A stretch of 64,000 bases of DNA from assembly GCF_006345805.1 (NCBI RefSeq), contig NC_043007.1:38378001-38442000 (forward strand), in the 5' to 3' direction. The notes under the pieces were generated by a model. That model was not told the origin of the DNA. It was given only the letters and a program-made list of their open reading frames with translations, and did no database searches. The translations under genes were made by a program, and so were the position numbers. Of this stretch, positions 36,611-50,962 are shown in pieces (within the stretch, counting starts at the first letter, position 1; each line of letters opens with the position of its first letter). This stretch comes from Octopus sinensis (taxonomy: Eukaryota).

Positions 36611-39104
36611 GACTAGAGAGCATGGTGCCTTCTTCATTCTGAAGAATGCTAAGTATAGTGGAACTATCTGTAATTTTTTCATTAGGAAGAGGACACTGGT
36701 TATACTTCAACTCAACATAACTCTGAATGATGTGCCATCTTAGCTAATTCTCTTCCTAATCGGTTATGTTATAATTCTTTCTGTTGCTTTCATAACATAG
36801 TCCATTAATTTGATACTCCTGTACTTGCTTCTTTCTAGAACTTCTCCTCTACTTTTGAATCATTAGAACTGACATCTCAAATCCTACAGTCATACTGGTT
36901 GATGTGTGTTCTACTTCATTACATACTTTTAGCATCTCAATGACTATTTTTGATGGTCCAGTTGCTTTCCTTGTATTTATATCTTATCAACTTCAGTAGA
37001 TGGTCAGTCTGTTGTATCTACTTGAGGCAGTATCTCACTGCCTATGACAAGAAGATCAGAAAGAAGCATGAGGTGTTCTGCATTGCAAAGCAAGTATCTA
37101 GTTTTCAATTTCTCTTTTTGATATGTAAACTTACATCTAGTTTCCTAATGCCATTCCTTACTCTCTGCCCTTCTTTTGAACTTTGCTTGTCACTTTTATG
37201 ATTCTATCTATTGTATCATTCCTCTATATCACCTCCTATCTGGCTGGAACCTTGATCCATCCACAGATTTTGTCAGTACCTTATAGCAAGTTGGCTCATA
37301 GAATCTTCCAGCTGTCTTCTGTTATAAGTTTCTAAGTTCCTCTTTGTTACATGAATTGAGTAATACCTCTTTGAATTTAACTGACTGGAAAATCTTTTGG
37401 TTTTGATACCCTCCTTCTCAATATCGGCTTGTGTCTCTGGGTCCATTTAGCTCTTAGACTGATGACCAGTAACTTAGGATATATTGAATGAGACATTCTT
37501 CACTGTCAAGGAGAACTTAACATTTACAATCAGTTGTCTATCCCATTACCTGGCAAATACCAAGTTTATATAGCCTGTGTCTTCATCAATTGGGTTAATG
37601 ATCAGGTGGCTGGTTAGTTTCCAAATAGGACATTTGTATCACAAAACTCCAAGAGCTTTGACCTCTCTTTATTCTTTGTACCATATCTATAGCAGCCATC
37701 ATGTCATTGTCCAACATGCCCTGTAATCTTTTGATACCAATTCCCCTTGGTTCTAAGATACAAAGTTCTTGTTCTTTAATTGCCCTGAATTTAAACCTCC
37801 ACCAAAATTTCATGCTAATTTTATGTTCCAAACACCAGTTTCATAATAAACTTATTTTACTAAATTCTTCATTATTTTCAAAATTAATTGAAGCAAAAGG
37901 CAGTGTATTTCAACAGGAATACAGTATCAGAAAAATTAAAGTCATCAGCTGTAATAATGAAGTTTCTTGTAGTCTGCAAGAGGACCTCATTAAAACGTTC
38001 CTATTAGTCCTGATTGCAGTACATATGCAGGGATCCCCATTGCTGTTACCTGTGACAAATATAAGCTTAATTCTTCTTTTACATACCTTAGTTACTTAAA
38101 GTATTTCTCTGCCAGCATTAAGCCTAATCCACTCACAACTGTAAAGCAGACATAGCTAAGTTGCTATGAAATGGGACTGCTAGCTGAGATATTAGCAGTT
38201 TGTATCATGTATTACATTATATTTTTGTCAGAAGCCCTTAATCCTAATATACCCAAGCTAACTATATATAGATACCATTAAGGAAGGAATTACTGCTGTG
38301 CGCTGCATCTCAAAAGGTCAACCCACAGGCAAAGAACAGATAGAAAACTAAATAACAGCAGTATTACATACTGACAAATATTTTGTAAGTTTGTAGTGCC
38401 AAGTACTGTTGTAGATATGTTGATATAAAAATAACTGGATGGGTAGAGAAAATACCTAGAAATGTCTGCTTCATTGAGAATAATTATTTGCTAAATGAGC
38501 AAGTATAATCAGAGAGGGTAGACAACTTTGAAATTTTAATTAGCTATGAAATGTAGAGAGGAGTGTGTCTGACAGTATAGTGACAATGTCTCAGTCTCGT
38601 TAGAGTTCATTAGTGAAGTAGAACTTAACCATTACTAGCAGATGTTAAATGACTTGAGGATTTTTGTGAATAAAATAGAATGTAGGTATAGCTTGGTGAC
38701 AGGTCTCTACCAAGCTGACTTACTTTCGACACGTTTGTGAAAACCAAACACCTTGAGTGGGTTAGTTAGTTTTAGTCCAATGAGATTGACCACGATCCAC
38801 GGTTGAGAGAAACTAAAGTAAACAATATTTAAGTTAGTATTAACATATTTAATTCTGTGATTATTAAAATGATCACTACGAAAAAAAAAACCGCTATTAT
38901 TATTTCAGCTATTTTGGCAAATATGGGAGACAACTCTGGAATGTTTTTTTTTTTTTATTTTTTATTATTATATAAGGCTTTTTTTGTCAATCAATTCTGA
39001 GTTGACCACACGCCTACATACACTGCTAACGGTTCCGCCAGCTCGTCACCTTCAGGGCCAAAACAAACACCAAATACTGCAAGTCATCCTTTCTGATTCT
39101 AACG

Positions 39105-39395
39105 CAGGTGTTCTCAACCATTTTTCAGCTATGGACCCCTTTAATTACTATTTTATTCTGGTGGACCACCACAGCCATTCAATGATTAAAAACTAGATTT
39201 TCAGATACTTAAAAAATTCGTATTTTGATGTTCACACATTTATGTAGGTTGAATTATGTAATATGTCTGAGATAGAAACCTAGCTGTTTCTTGAAATACA
39301 TACCAATACATACATCTAAAGCAAAATTTTTTCAGGAGCCATTAAAAATTGTGGATCCCCAAAAATCTTATATGAACTGTGGTTGAGAACCACTG
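39105..39395. mobile_element. hAT-like MITE
   Basis: TIR-like ends CAGGTGTTCTCAACCA...TGGTTGAGAACCACTG; related degenerate pieces at about 29240-29560, 29640-29820 and 41555-42165. Confidence 0.6.
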
Positions 39396-40914
39396 CTCAA
39401 AAGGTTCCACTAACTCTGGTTGGTACTTTTTCTTTCTTTTAATATCAAACCCTTAAAGGATAACAGGCATAGGTGACATTGGCAGGTTTTGAATTTATAG
39501 TGCAGCATTGTAATAAATAGCACAAGACTTTCTACTTAATGGTTCTGCCAATTTGCCTTCTTATTATGATCTAATAAACAAATATAGACTTTACTGTACT
39601 TGTTGAAGTAGTGATGAGTGAATCACTATTGTAACTTGTTGCCATACCACAATTATTGAAAGTTATTAAATGTCAATTCATACATATAATCTACTTTTAT
39701 CAGAGTAGATATGACATGGCTCTCTGGATAAGGTACTGGACAATCAGCTCATAGGTAGCGAGTTCATATCTGCTGTTAGTGATTTGATGTTTCTTTAGGA
39801 AGTATTTAAGTCTACCTAATTCAGTTTAACTAGCTGTCAAGTGTATCTCCACTAAACCAATATCCTATCTTTTATGAGCTACATACCATGAAACTGGAAC
39901 TTAGCTACAGCTTTCAAAAGCCCTCTGTGGTCATAAATACAATTAGATCTTATTGTTAAACTATTGATAGGACTGATTAAACAGAATTATAATTTGTGTG
40001 GTGGTGGGTCTTCTATTATGGGCCACTCTGATTGGAAGGCTGCAAGGTGGAAAACCACCCACACGTGTAGTCAGCTGCTTACTTAAGTGAATTGTATCTC
40101 ATTCCAGTTATTGTTTACAAGTAAAATGACTAAGTGAGTGATAAAATATGGCACCAGTAAAAAAAATATGAACCACTACTTTATCAGTCAACAATCTGAT
40201 ACCCTAATAATCCAGCCAGATGTAAATCTGTTGAAAATGATAATGAAAGAACTGTTATAAAACCTTGCTCCAATTATACAGTGCCTGACACATATAACAC
40301 CTAACTCATTCTCTTCTTTCTCATTACAGTCTTTCACTCATCTATCATACTTATCCTCATCAACAGTAGCAGTAGCTCTCACACGAACTGACACGTTTAT
40401 GAATTCAGAGTCTTAGCAATGGATATTTCACTATTCCATAATTTTTTTTTAATCCACCTGCTGCATGACATTTGGGAGTAGATCAAATAATGATCTTACT
40501 GTCAAATGATGTCAAATCAGGGAAAGAAGCTCCTTCATGGTGGATCAGCCTGCAGCTAAATCTTGTTCAAGTTACACTCCACTGTCTTAACCCTTTTCTT
40601 ACTTTGTTGAGATAGTTACCTTTATTTTAAAAATGATTTAGTAAAATAGTTTTGTTGTTATTAAGCTAGTGTTTAGAACATAAATTAACATGGAATTTTG
40701 ATGAAAAATTTTAATTTAGATCACTTTAACCCCTTGTTTCAGTCAGATTTGAAAATAATGAAGAATTTAGTAAATAACTCATTCAATAGCTGATGCTTGG
40801 AACATAAATGAACAAAAAATTTTGATGGAAGGTTTTTAGATCAGTTTAGATCAGGAAATTTGTATCACAGAACCAAAGTGATCTAAGGCAGGTTAGTGTT
40901 AAAAGAATTAGAAA

Positions 40915-41196
40915 AGGGGAAAATTGTTTTTTTCACACTAAGAGTTGCTGAAGCATGGAACAAACTGCTGGCATTAGTTGTTAGTTGTCGGAGCACTGCA
41001 TCCTTCAAAACTTCCATGCTTCCTGAGATTCGCCAACACTACACCTGATTTTCTCCCCTCCATACACATGTAAGCATGTATCTGACTCATACACTGTTCA
41101 CTTTCCAGACATTTGTACATTACTGCATATTCTTTATATGCACTTTTGACAAGTTGTGGTGCACCTGAGTACTGTATACAATAATTTCATTATTAT
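40915..41196 (+). mobile_element. 3' fragment of the same CR1-type LINE
   Basis: High similarity to about 35450-35720 (GAGTTGCTGAAGCATGGAACAAACTGC...TGTATACAATAATTTCATTATT). Confidence 0.88.
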
Positions 41197-41677
41197 TTCA
41201 TATTAGCAATGTTTTATAAAACCCCTAGAAATGTGGAATGATCATGTTCATTGGTTTTGTTTGATTGGGGTTGACCTGAAGCTAAACAGTAACAAATTAT
41301 TGACTTAACTACCAAATGCTGACATCTGTGCTAAATTGGATGCCCTAAAGCACAGATGATGATGCTTGTGGTAAACCAACCACTGACCTAAATGTTATGT
41401 GGCAAAGCAAATATACTGAATGATGACATCACTAATGACACCTGTGATAGATCATATGTTGGTCTTGGCAAATAAACATGTTGTGAACCAAGTATTGACC
41501 TTACTGACAAATGATGAAATTTGAACTAAGTGAAAGATTAATGAACCTCTGGATCAATGGTTCTTAACCCTATTTTTACCTATGAATTCCTTTAATTCTT
41601 ATTTTAATGAAGTGGACCCTTCTAGCTATTCAATGTTTGAAAAATCATATAAAACTTTTATAATCAAATGTTATTAC

Positions 41678-42051
41678 TCTTTTACTTGTTTCAGTCATTT
41701 GACTGTGGCCATGCTGGAGCACCGCCTTTAGTCCAGCAAATTGACCCCAGGACTTATTCTTTGTAAGCCTAGTACTTATTCTATCGGTCTCTTTCACCGA
41801 ACCGCTAAGTTATGTGGACGTAAACACACCAGCATCGGTTGTCAAGCGATGTTGGGGGGACAAACACAAACACACAAACATATATATATATATATGAGCT
41901 TCTTTCAGTTTCCGTCTACCAAATCCACTCACAAGGCTTTGGTCGGCCTGAAGCTATAGTAGAAGACACTTGCCCAAGGTGCCATGCAGTGGGACTGAAC
42001 CCGGAACCATGGGGTTCGTAAGCAAGCTACTTACCACACAGCTACTCCTAC
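41678..42051 (-). mobile_element. tRNA-derived SINE family A, near full length
   Basis: Reverse-complement match to 44638-45034. Confidence 0.85.
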
Positions 42052-42918
42052 GTCTATTAGGAGTTGTATTTTTTAAAAATTGTTGAAATGTTGTAGAAGT
42101 ATAAGCAATTTATTGCTCATAAATTTAACACAGAATCTTATATGGACTCCAGCTGAGAACCATTGCTCTAGAAGGTCGACTGATCTGGGGGAGATGGCAG
42201 CCAAATCTCCTAATAGTCAAACCATACCTTTTTAACAAAGGAAGCAACATATGATTTAGTCCCATAATACTTAAAAAGATTGGTCACAGTTGCTGTTCAA
42301 TCAGGATTAACCTGAGACTAAACAACTGAATCTAAACCCCTACCTGTTGACATTTGTGATTAACTAAATACCAACAATTGATAATAATTGTGTTGAATGA
42401 AACTTATCTTATCACCAGTTCCTGACACTTTGATAAGCAAAATTTTGATAATATTCCTATATTGTGTTGTTTACAGCTAACTGAAATTACTGTTGAAAAA
42501 AAAATAGCCACAAGATAAAGACAGCTGAGATATATTGACACAAACTGATATTTTGTTTTTTTATCACAGAAGACTTGAGTCTTTGAGTTAGTACTTTAAC
42601 ATTCCTAGCAACAGCATTAGTTACTTTTTCAATCAAGCTTTCAGTTAGATATCAAAGGGTAAAAAACCAAAAAAATCAGACATCTCCTCCCCTCAGTTAT
42701 CAGAATATGAAGACATTACAAATGGAAGGTGTTGATATTTCAAATGACTAAGCTATAGCAAAACTTCAATTTTTGAAAAATAGCTGATGATATTTAACTA
42801 ATTTACATAGCTATGATAGTCTATTATTCTACAGTATCATTACTGAAGACTTTATTTATATGTTATATATATATAAATTGGTCTATCCAGTTCGTTTAAG
42901 CCCTTAATTATTATTGGT

Positions 42919-43141
42919 TTAACCCTTCAGCATTTAAACCAGCTGTATCCAGTTAAAATATTTCATCCATCTTATGTTCAAACAGCCCAGATCCAGCCTC
43001 TCACACCTACTTTACAATGTCATTCTAAAAATAGTCACATCATTGAAATATCAAAGCTAAGAGATAATGCATGGTTAATTCAAAACAGTGTCAATAAATA
43101 AGCAATACACTTGACAAAGAAATCTAATGCTAAAGGGTTAA
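42919..43141. mobile_element. piggyBac-like MITE
   Basis: TTAA|CCCTTCAGCATT...AATGCTAAAGGG|TTAA. Confidence 0.78.
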
Positions 43142-43339
43142 AAGCAGTATCTCTGTGGATAGTTAAAGAAGGTACTCAGTAACTGATGAAAATCTCAAAA
43201 CAAGATTGAGACTAGTCCAGCTGATTTCCTCTGTTTCTAATGATATTGTATATTTCACTGAGCACTGAAGATTTGCTAAAATGGGAAATAAATAAATGTA
43301 GTAATCTAACATGAAGGTCATAGCATAATAGAGCTGCTC

Positions 43340-43568
43340 GTGAGCTGGCAGAAATGTTAGCAGGCCGGGCGAAATGCATAGCGGTATTTCGTCTGCTGCT
43401 ACGTTCTGAGTTCAAATTCCTCCGAGGTCGACTTTGCCTTCCATCCTTTCAGGGTCGATTAAATAAGTACCAGTTACACACTGGGGTCTATATAATCGAC
43501 TTAATCTGTTTGTCTGTCCTTCTTTATCCCCTCTGTGTGTAGCCCCTAGTGGGTAGTAAAGAAATAAG
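43340..43568 (+). mobile_element. tRNA-derived SINE family B
   Basis: Similar to 50733-50962 along its whole length. Confidence 0.8.
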
Positions 43569-44637
43569 AGCTGCTGGGAATAAAATGCAGTTTTGTTGGT
43601 ATGGACATAATGCAAATGTACAAGGAATGCTAAGTGACAAAGTTTTATATGTTGACAGTAAAAGTTAGCTGTGGTAGAGGAAGGTCAATGATGAAAGGTA
43701 GGTGGGTGGATGAGGTGAAGTGAGATATCAAGATATCGAAACATACTGGATATAAAATCAAGGTAAGTGACAACCACTAGTATTGTACACCTAACTAATC
43801 AATAATTGCATGCAGACAGTTAAAATAGGAACCATGATAAAATTTTAGCTCAACTCTGCCACAAGTCATTTCATAGCAAGACACCCTTTTCTACTACCTG
43901 TGAGTAATAGATACTTGAAGTAGGCTTTTACTGAAGAGAATTACCTAGCAATAGAGAGATTTATATTCAATTTGCACTGACTTTAAATGAACACCACACA
44001 AACTTTCTCACATAGCAACAATGAATTACTCATGTCTAAGCCAGTAAAAAAACCAATTGGTTGCTAACAGATTAAGGTGTGAAGGTAGGTTAAAAAGAAA
44101 TATAATTTATAAGGCACATGGCCAAAGAGAAAGAAAATATTTGGTATTTGCCTGTAACTACTTGCATGCAGGAGAAAACGGGAGTTAGAATGAAGAACAA
44201 TTCTTTCATATAAGAAAACTGTTCTTTGTTCCAACTCATGTTTTTTTTCTGTATGCAATTAGCTACAGGAAAATACCAAAATGTATTCTAAATAAAATAA
44301 GCGAAATGGAGATTAAAGAATGAGGTACCTTTTGACAAATCAACTGATGAGGCACATCTGCATTGAATGTTGCACCACGACTACTTTTACAGAATCTCAC
44401 CTGCAAGGGACCAATGCATGATGGGTCAAAACGATTGTAGTTATTAATAAAAAATCTTGTAATTTCCAGTTTCTTTCTCTTTCTCTCATACTGTAAACTC
44501 TACAGACACAAGGAATTCATGAAGTAAATCCAGTGGCATTTATATCCATACTGTTGATGACATCAGATAGCCAAATACAGTGAATGGGCTTTAAATGGCA
44601 TACTACCAAGTGTATACCCAAATTTAAAATTACCTAT

Positions 44638-45034
44638 GTAGGAGTGGCAGTGTGGTAAGTAGCTTGCTTTCCAACCACATGGTTCCAGGTTCAGTCCCAC
44701 TATGTGGCACCTTAGGCAAGTGTCTTCTACTATAGCCTCAGGCTGACCAAAGCCTTGTGAGTGGATTTGGTAGACGGAAACTGAAAGAAGCCCGTCGTAT
44801 ATATGTACATATATATGTATGTGTGTGTATATGTTTGTGTGTCTGTGTTTGTCCCTCCAACATCGCTTGACAACCGATGCTGGTGTGCTTACGTCTACAT
44901 AACTTAGCAGTTCGGCAAAAGAGACCGATAAAATAAGTACTAGGCTTACAAAGAATGAGTCCTGGGGTCAATTTGGTCGACTAAAGGCGGTGCTCCAGCA
45001 TGGCCGCAGTCAAATGACTGAAACAAGTAAAAGA
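44638..45034 (+). mobile_element. tRNA-derived SINE family A, near full length
   Basis: Head GTAGGAGTGGCAGTGTGGTAAG (A box)...GGTTCAGTCCC (B box); central TA/TG microsatellite; related copies elsewhere in the window. Confidence 0.85.
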
Positions 45035-48000
45035 GAGAATGTATAAAATCAATCATTCAACTCTAATATGTCACTGGTATATGCTTGAAAATTAAGGCTT
45101 TGAACCTGGAAAATAAGAGAGATGAAACTAAATATAATAATGCATTTATTCTGGCACTCTGTTGTTGGCCATCTCCAGTAATAATTATTTTTAGCATTGG
45201 CACAGCACAAGGCAACAAATATTGTAAGGAGGAATACAGTTAACATCAACTCCAGTACATGACTATGAGCAAACTCAGCAGGATTTGAACTCAGAATGTA
45301 AAGTAATATAACTAAATATTGCAAAGGATTTCATTTGATGCTCCACTGTTTCTGCCATATCCTACCGAAATTGACATGATCTTGATTATACTGACATGAA
45401 GTTGAATATTTTAAGAAAATGGAGCGGCTGGGAGATATTGGAAGATGTGGTATTTATGCTTTTTCCACCAAAGTAAAGAGTGCCTTGAACTTGGAAAACA
45501 CTTAGAATTCATAATTCACACTTGATGCAGCAGTGGAAGTGGGCTGAGGGAAGACTGCTAATTGGAATGAATTGTTCCTGTGTATTACTGATATCTATTA
45601 TATGATATCAAACCAAAGAATTTAAAAAAGAAAACAAACAAAAACAACGTAAATCTGTATAACAAACAACAAGTGCAACTCTATATTTCTGAGATGAGGA
45701 ATTAATATTATGTATACTGTTTACATATTATGCAACTAAAATGTAGTGAAAGCAACAATCAAGATGAGGACACCATCTTGACTAATGTAAACAGTACACA
45801 TAACAAGTGTTTAAAAATATCAAATTTAGTCGGCTTCAGTTACTCTGTATAATAATTATTTCTAACACAGCTACAATTGATGAGAGGTTAGTTCACTAAA
45901 CCGATAGAAGTACTTTATCAATCCTGGAAGGATGAAAAGCATAGTTCACCATGGTGAGGTTTGAATTCAGAATGTAACAGCATTTTCTCCACTGCTCTAA
46001 TTGTTTTTCCAATTCCCCATATCTTTCTGTTCTTTTTTTTTTTTATTCTTAACATTGACACAAGGTTTCAGATTTATAGAACAGTATCATTGATTCAACT
46101 GATTCCCAATGCTTAATTGATAAGCTTTTTATTGATTACAATAGGATAGGATAAAAGGCAAAGTTGGAAACAGCAGGATTTTAATTCTGAAAGAATAGCC
46201 ACGAAATACCACTAGGTATTTTTTCTGCAACTATTGATTAATAATAATTGTTTCTAAGGCATTAAGGCCAGCAATTTTGAAGAAGGGAGTTTGTTGAATA
46301 AATCAACCCCAAAGAAATGAAAGGCAAAGTTGACCATGGTAGGATTTGAACATAAAGAACTGGAACAAGTATCACAAGGCATTTTTGCCAATGCTTTGCC
46401 AAGTCTACCTTTCCACCACACTGAATAAAATAATAATAATAATCTCTATATATAAACCACCAAGTTATGTGTCCTATTTTTATCTTTTTTGTTTGCTAGT
46501 TTTCGTCTTTATGTCATGTTAGAGAAGGAAGAATGAGAAAGCAATGGCTCTGCTGAGAAAGATGGTTTACAGAAACAGATAAGCATGAGATTGACAAAGA
46601 AAGAGGTAAAAAGAGAATTAGATAACAGTTAGCCTACCAGCACAGCAGTCAGACAAATGAAACATGAAAACTGAGCTGGGTTTGTAGCAGAAATATAAAA
46701 AATTACTGAAAGGAGGCAGAATAGTAATAATAACTACTGTGTCTAATTTAGGCAGAATGCCAGCAGTTTTGAAGAGAAAGGGACTAGTTGAAAACAAAGA
46801 CCCTCCCTCCTACTAGATTCTGAGGCTCTGTAAATAGTCATGAGCACTGAGGGCAAGTGTCTTCTACTATAGCCTTAGGTTGACCAAAGACTTGTGAATG
46901 GATTTGGTAAATGGAAACTGAAAGAAGCCTATTTTATATGAGTGTGTGTTCTTGTTCTGACATCATGCACTTGTGAACAAGCATCATTATCATACAAATA
47001 GTGCCATTCATTTGCAATCTTCCATGAAGATGACTGACCAGTGTGACTGGTCAGGACTGAATGAACAGACCTTTGATCAAAAATAGTGATCAACCATGAC
47101 TACCTTATCACTAACTCATCTATATATTTCCAGCCATGACCATCCTGTCTCTAAGCATTTTGTTAACATATTTCAGCTGAAATATACTATTTTTGCTTCG
47201 ATTAATTTTGAAAATTGTGAAGAATTTAGTGGAATAACTGTCATTATTAAGCTGGTATTTGGAACAAAAAATGATATGAAATGTTGATGGAAAGTTTTAA
47301 TTTAGATCCCTTTAAATCAGGAAGTGTGTATCACAGGGTCAGAAGAAGTCTGAGGGGGGTTGGTATTAAAAGAGTTAAGGGATAGGTAGGACTGCTACTG
47401 AGAGATCTTGAGATTACCCTATAATTGTAGATACACATACATTTGTAATATTTTGAATCTAAACTGGAAAGAATTAGTAAACTGGTTAAATATCTGACAG
47501 TGAATGACTTTATCTTTAAGTTCTGTCCACTTTCCATACCACCAAAGGTTGGACATGTTGATAGGATCTGATGGGTTGGAGGACAATGTCTTAATTTTGG
47601 TTGTATGCCCTTTTTAACACTATCTACTAAGTGCATTTTTTTTTTTGTGGCACCATAGAAGTTGTTTTGCCTTTAGCAACACTGAAGAGTCCTCTTAATT
47701 CTACGTTGTCTGTGTTATAATTGGAAGAAGAAAAGAGAAAAAAAAAGAAAAACAGTGAAGACTGAAAAAATTTAAAAGAAAGACTACTGAAATATAATGT
47801 TCTAATAATACATTTGTTGTTAGACAAACTGTCTTTTTACATCAAGGATTTGACTATCATAATTCAAGGAAGAAAGGTTCAGTGGGCAATTTTCAGGAAG
47901 TAGGAACTGAATAACTGCCATAAGCAAAAGAATCTTGTATCTTACAACTGAGTATCAAAAAGGTCGTAATGTTGTTGTTGTTGTTATTGTTAGGGCAGCA

Positions 48001-48299
48001 AGCTGGCAGAACTGGTAGCATGCCAGCCAAAAGGCTTAGTAGTATTTTATCTGTTTGTATGCGTTGAATTCAAATTCTGGTGAGGTCAACTTAATCTTCC
48101 ATCCTTTTGGGGTTGATAATATAAGTACCAGTTGAACACTGGGGTCAACATAATCGATTTACCCTTCCCCCAAACTTGTTTTTAAATTTTTGTCTCATTG
48201 GGCAAGAACTTTGGATCACTGCTTTCTATCACACCAAAGTCTTGAGTGAAACTCAGTAGACAAAAACTGATCAGACACACATTGCATGCATGTGTCTGT

Positions 48300-48722
48300 G
48301 TGTATGTATATTCACATACAAAACCAGCGTCGCCTTACTGGCACTTATGCCTGTGCTAGTAGGGTGCCAAGAGCACCATCTGAGCATGATCGTTGCCAGA
48401 GCAGCCAGCTGGCTTCCGTACCCGTGGCACGTAAAAGGGCACCATTTGAGCATGATCGTTACCAACATCACTTCCTGGCACCTGTACAGGTGGCATGTGT
48501 AAAAAGATTCAAGCGAGGTCGTTGCCAATGCTGCCTGACTGGGCCCCGTGCCGGTGGCACATAAAAAGCACCCACTACACTTGGAGTGGTTGGCGTTAGG
48601 AAGGGCATCCAGCTGTAGAAGCTCTGCCAGATCAAGTTTGGAGCCTGGTGCAGCCATCTGGCTCACCAGAACTCATCCAAAATTGTCCAACCCATGCTAG
48701 CATGGAAAGTGGACGTTAAACA
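48300..48722 (+). mobile_element. RTE-type 3'-tail repeat, same family as 56906-57300
   Basis: Reverse-complement similarity, including the internal sub-repeats. Confidence 0.75.
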
Positions 48723-50079
48723 ATGACAAACAAAATGAACATTTGCAGTTTGAGTAACCTGGCATGATGCAAGAGCTGCATACTGCAGTAGGCATATTTA
48801 ATCAATCCTTCATTTGATTGATTAAATTGCCAGAAATACAGAGTAGATAGCTGCCAAGCTATTCTTATCAAAGCCAAAATGCTTCTCAAAATATTTTCAC
48901 TTTGATAAGAATAGCTGCTCTCTATTTCTGATAGTTGATCAAATGAAGGATCAATTAAATATGCATACTGCAACAAGCAGTACTTGTATCATGTCAGGCT
49001 ATCTGAAACATGTGTAAGCTAAATAAATCATTGATAATGCATCTTTATACAGACAGATAGATAGGTAGATATAAATATAACATAAAACAAAGAGGGGCCA
49101 GAAAGCTGTAACACCATCAGGATTTGAACATTGCATCTACTGTAGATTGTATAGTTGTGCTAAATCAAAGAAACATTACAGCTTTTACAATCCAAATCAG
49201 GAGACTCAACCTAAGTAAAGATTACACTACTAATGGCTTGCCAATAAGAACTTCAGTCTACACACTATCAAAGTATGGTATGTATATAATCAGCAGCAAA
49301 TAAAAAATTTGGTGGTGTAGACAAAAATGAATTATGGTATTATTTTTCTACTGTGGTTATGTCCCTTCACATACAGGTCAGTTTAGTAGTCTCTGGTTCA
49401 TTCATGAAGTTGACAAAATAAAGTACAGATACACCACCAAATATCCAGCAGTTGATGGTTTGACACCTCCTTTAATCTGGATAAATTAGAAGGGGAAGTA
49501 TAAATTTTTTATTGCTGCCAGTTTAACTAACTGCCCAGAATATGAAAATATGTATATTTATGGAAGAGGTGTTAACTGCATCAACTAAGCAAAAATTACA
49601 GGCATTATATATGAGAGAGAGAGAGAGAGAAAGATGGGGGAGGAAGGAAGAGTTGAATGAAAAACAGGGTGAAATTGTACTAGAAGCTTTTGTTTCCTTT
49701 TAGCAGAAGTAAGCTCACAACTTTCCTGCCGTCCCACCAAGTCACATTTTCTTCTCATCTGGTGGAAGTATTGGGTAAAAGTATTGTGGGAGAGAAAATG
49801 TAAATCAAGTTTTTGCAATAGATTTCTTACTATTTGTATAATCATTTACTTACTGCCCGAGCAGAAACAAGGAAAGAGGTGGGTATATTTATAGACACAC
49901 TCACACAGATATAGTGAGACACACAGGGAGAGGAAACCAACCTCAATCAACACCTCACTACTTTCCCCACTACACAAGAGGAACCTGTAACTCAGAAGAG
50001 CAGCAGGTCATCAGTCATCACAAAAAACTTTGTTCTTGCTAAGGGCCATCTTACCCACTACATTCTTTATTTTTAGATC

Positions 50080-50410
50080 CCCTTTGGTCATGAAAGACCA
50101 TGGAATTGCACCTAGAAATTTACCCTCCGAGGCACAAGTCTGGGCAAGGTTGTTTATGAAGATCAGCAGTCGCCCATGCATAACAGCCTCCCCTCTCCAT
50201 GCCACAAGTGTTATCCAAGAGAAAGGCAAAGGCCGATACAGCTTGGCACCAGTGATGTCACAACTCATTTCTACAGCTGAGTGAACTGGAGCAACATGAA
50301 ATAAAGTGTCTTGCTCAAGAACACAACACACAGCCCAGTCAGGGAATCAAACTCACTAACTCGTGATTGTGAGCCCAACACTCTAACCACTGAGACATAT
50401 GCCTTCATTA
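50080..50410 (-). mobile_element. tRNA-derived SINE family C
   Basis: Minus-strand head ...CTCAGTGGTTAGAGTGTTGGGCTC...GAGTTTGATTCCC followed by TGTGTTCTTGAGCAAGACACTTTATTTC; degenerate relative at about 28980-29200 (+). Confidence 0.75.
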
Positions 50411-50732
50411 AAAAGTTACTTGCAGGTGGCTATGGAAGTTGAACCCATATCCTTCAGATACTGGCTGAGTACTCCACTATTAAGGTAAACTACTAATCCT
50501 AAAATTCTTGAAAACATTACTGCTGCACAGATCATCTATCCATACATACATACAGATATACATTATATTACATACATAATATGGGTTGTATAGGGTAGAA
50601 TTGATGTATGGTATATTGATAAAGTACCTTGTGGTATTGTTTGCATCTGTTTCTTTATTACACACAAGGGGCTAAACATAGAGGGGACAAACAAGGTCAG
50701 ACAAATGGATTAAGTCGATTACATTGACCCCA

Positions 50733-50962
50733 GGTGGCGAGCTGGCAGAATCGTTAGCATGCTGGATGAAATGCTTAGCGGTATTTCGTCTGCCATTACG
50801 TTCTGAGTTCAAATTCCGCCGAGGTTGACTTTGCCTTTCATCCTTTCGGGGTCGATTAAATAAGTACCAGTTACGCACTGGGGTCAATATAATCGATTTA
50901 ATCCATTTGTCTGTCCTTGTTTGTCCTCTCTGTGTTTAGCCCCTTGTGGGCAGTAAAGAAAT
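50733..50962 (+). mobile_element. tRNA-derived SINE family B
   Basis: GGCGAGCTGGCAGAATCGTTAG...GAGTTCAAATTCC (A/B boxes). Related copies at about 43340-43568 (+), 47993-48176 (+), 60765-60942 (-) and 24715-24870 (-). Confidence 0.8.

Noticed and set aside
37100-38800. Complex sequence as an additional gene between ARL2 and AKT
   Set aside because: No coherent ORF or splice chain and no recognisable domain; probably very decayed transposon sequence that I could not classify.
44300-44640. TFDKSTDEAHL as an hAT transposase remnant
   Set aside because: Only one short degenerate motif, too weak to annotate.
44638-44720. tRNA-like sequences at SINE heads
   Set aside because: No complete cloverleaf; each continues into a SINE body and occurs in several diverged copies.
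49695-49725. Possible 5-nt micro-exon (ttttag|CAGAA|gtaagc) on +
   Set aside because: No plus-strand gene context nearby and such motifs arise by chance.
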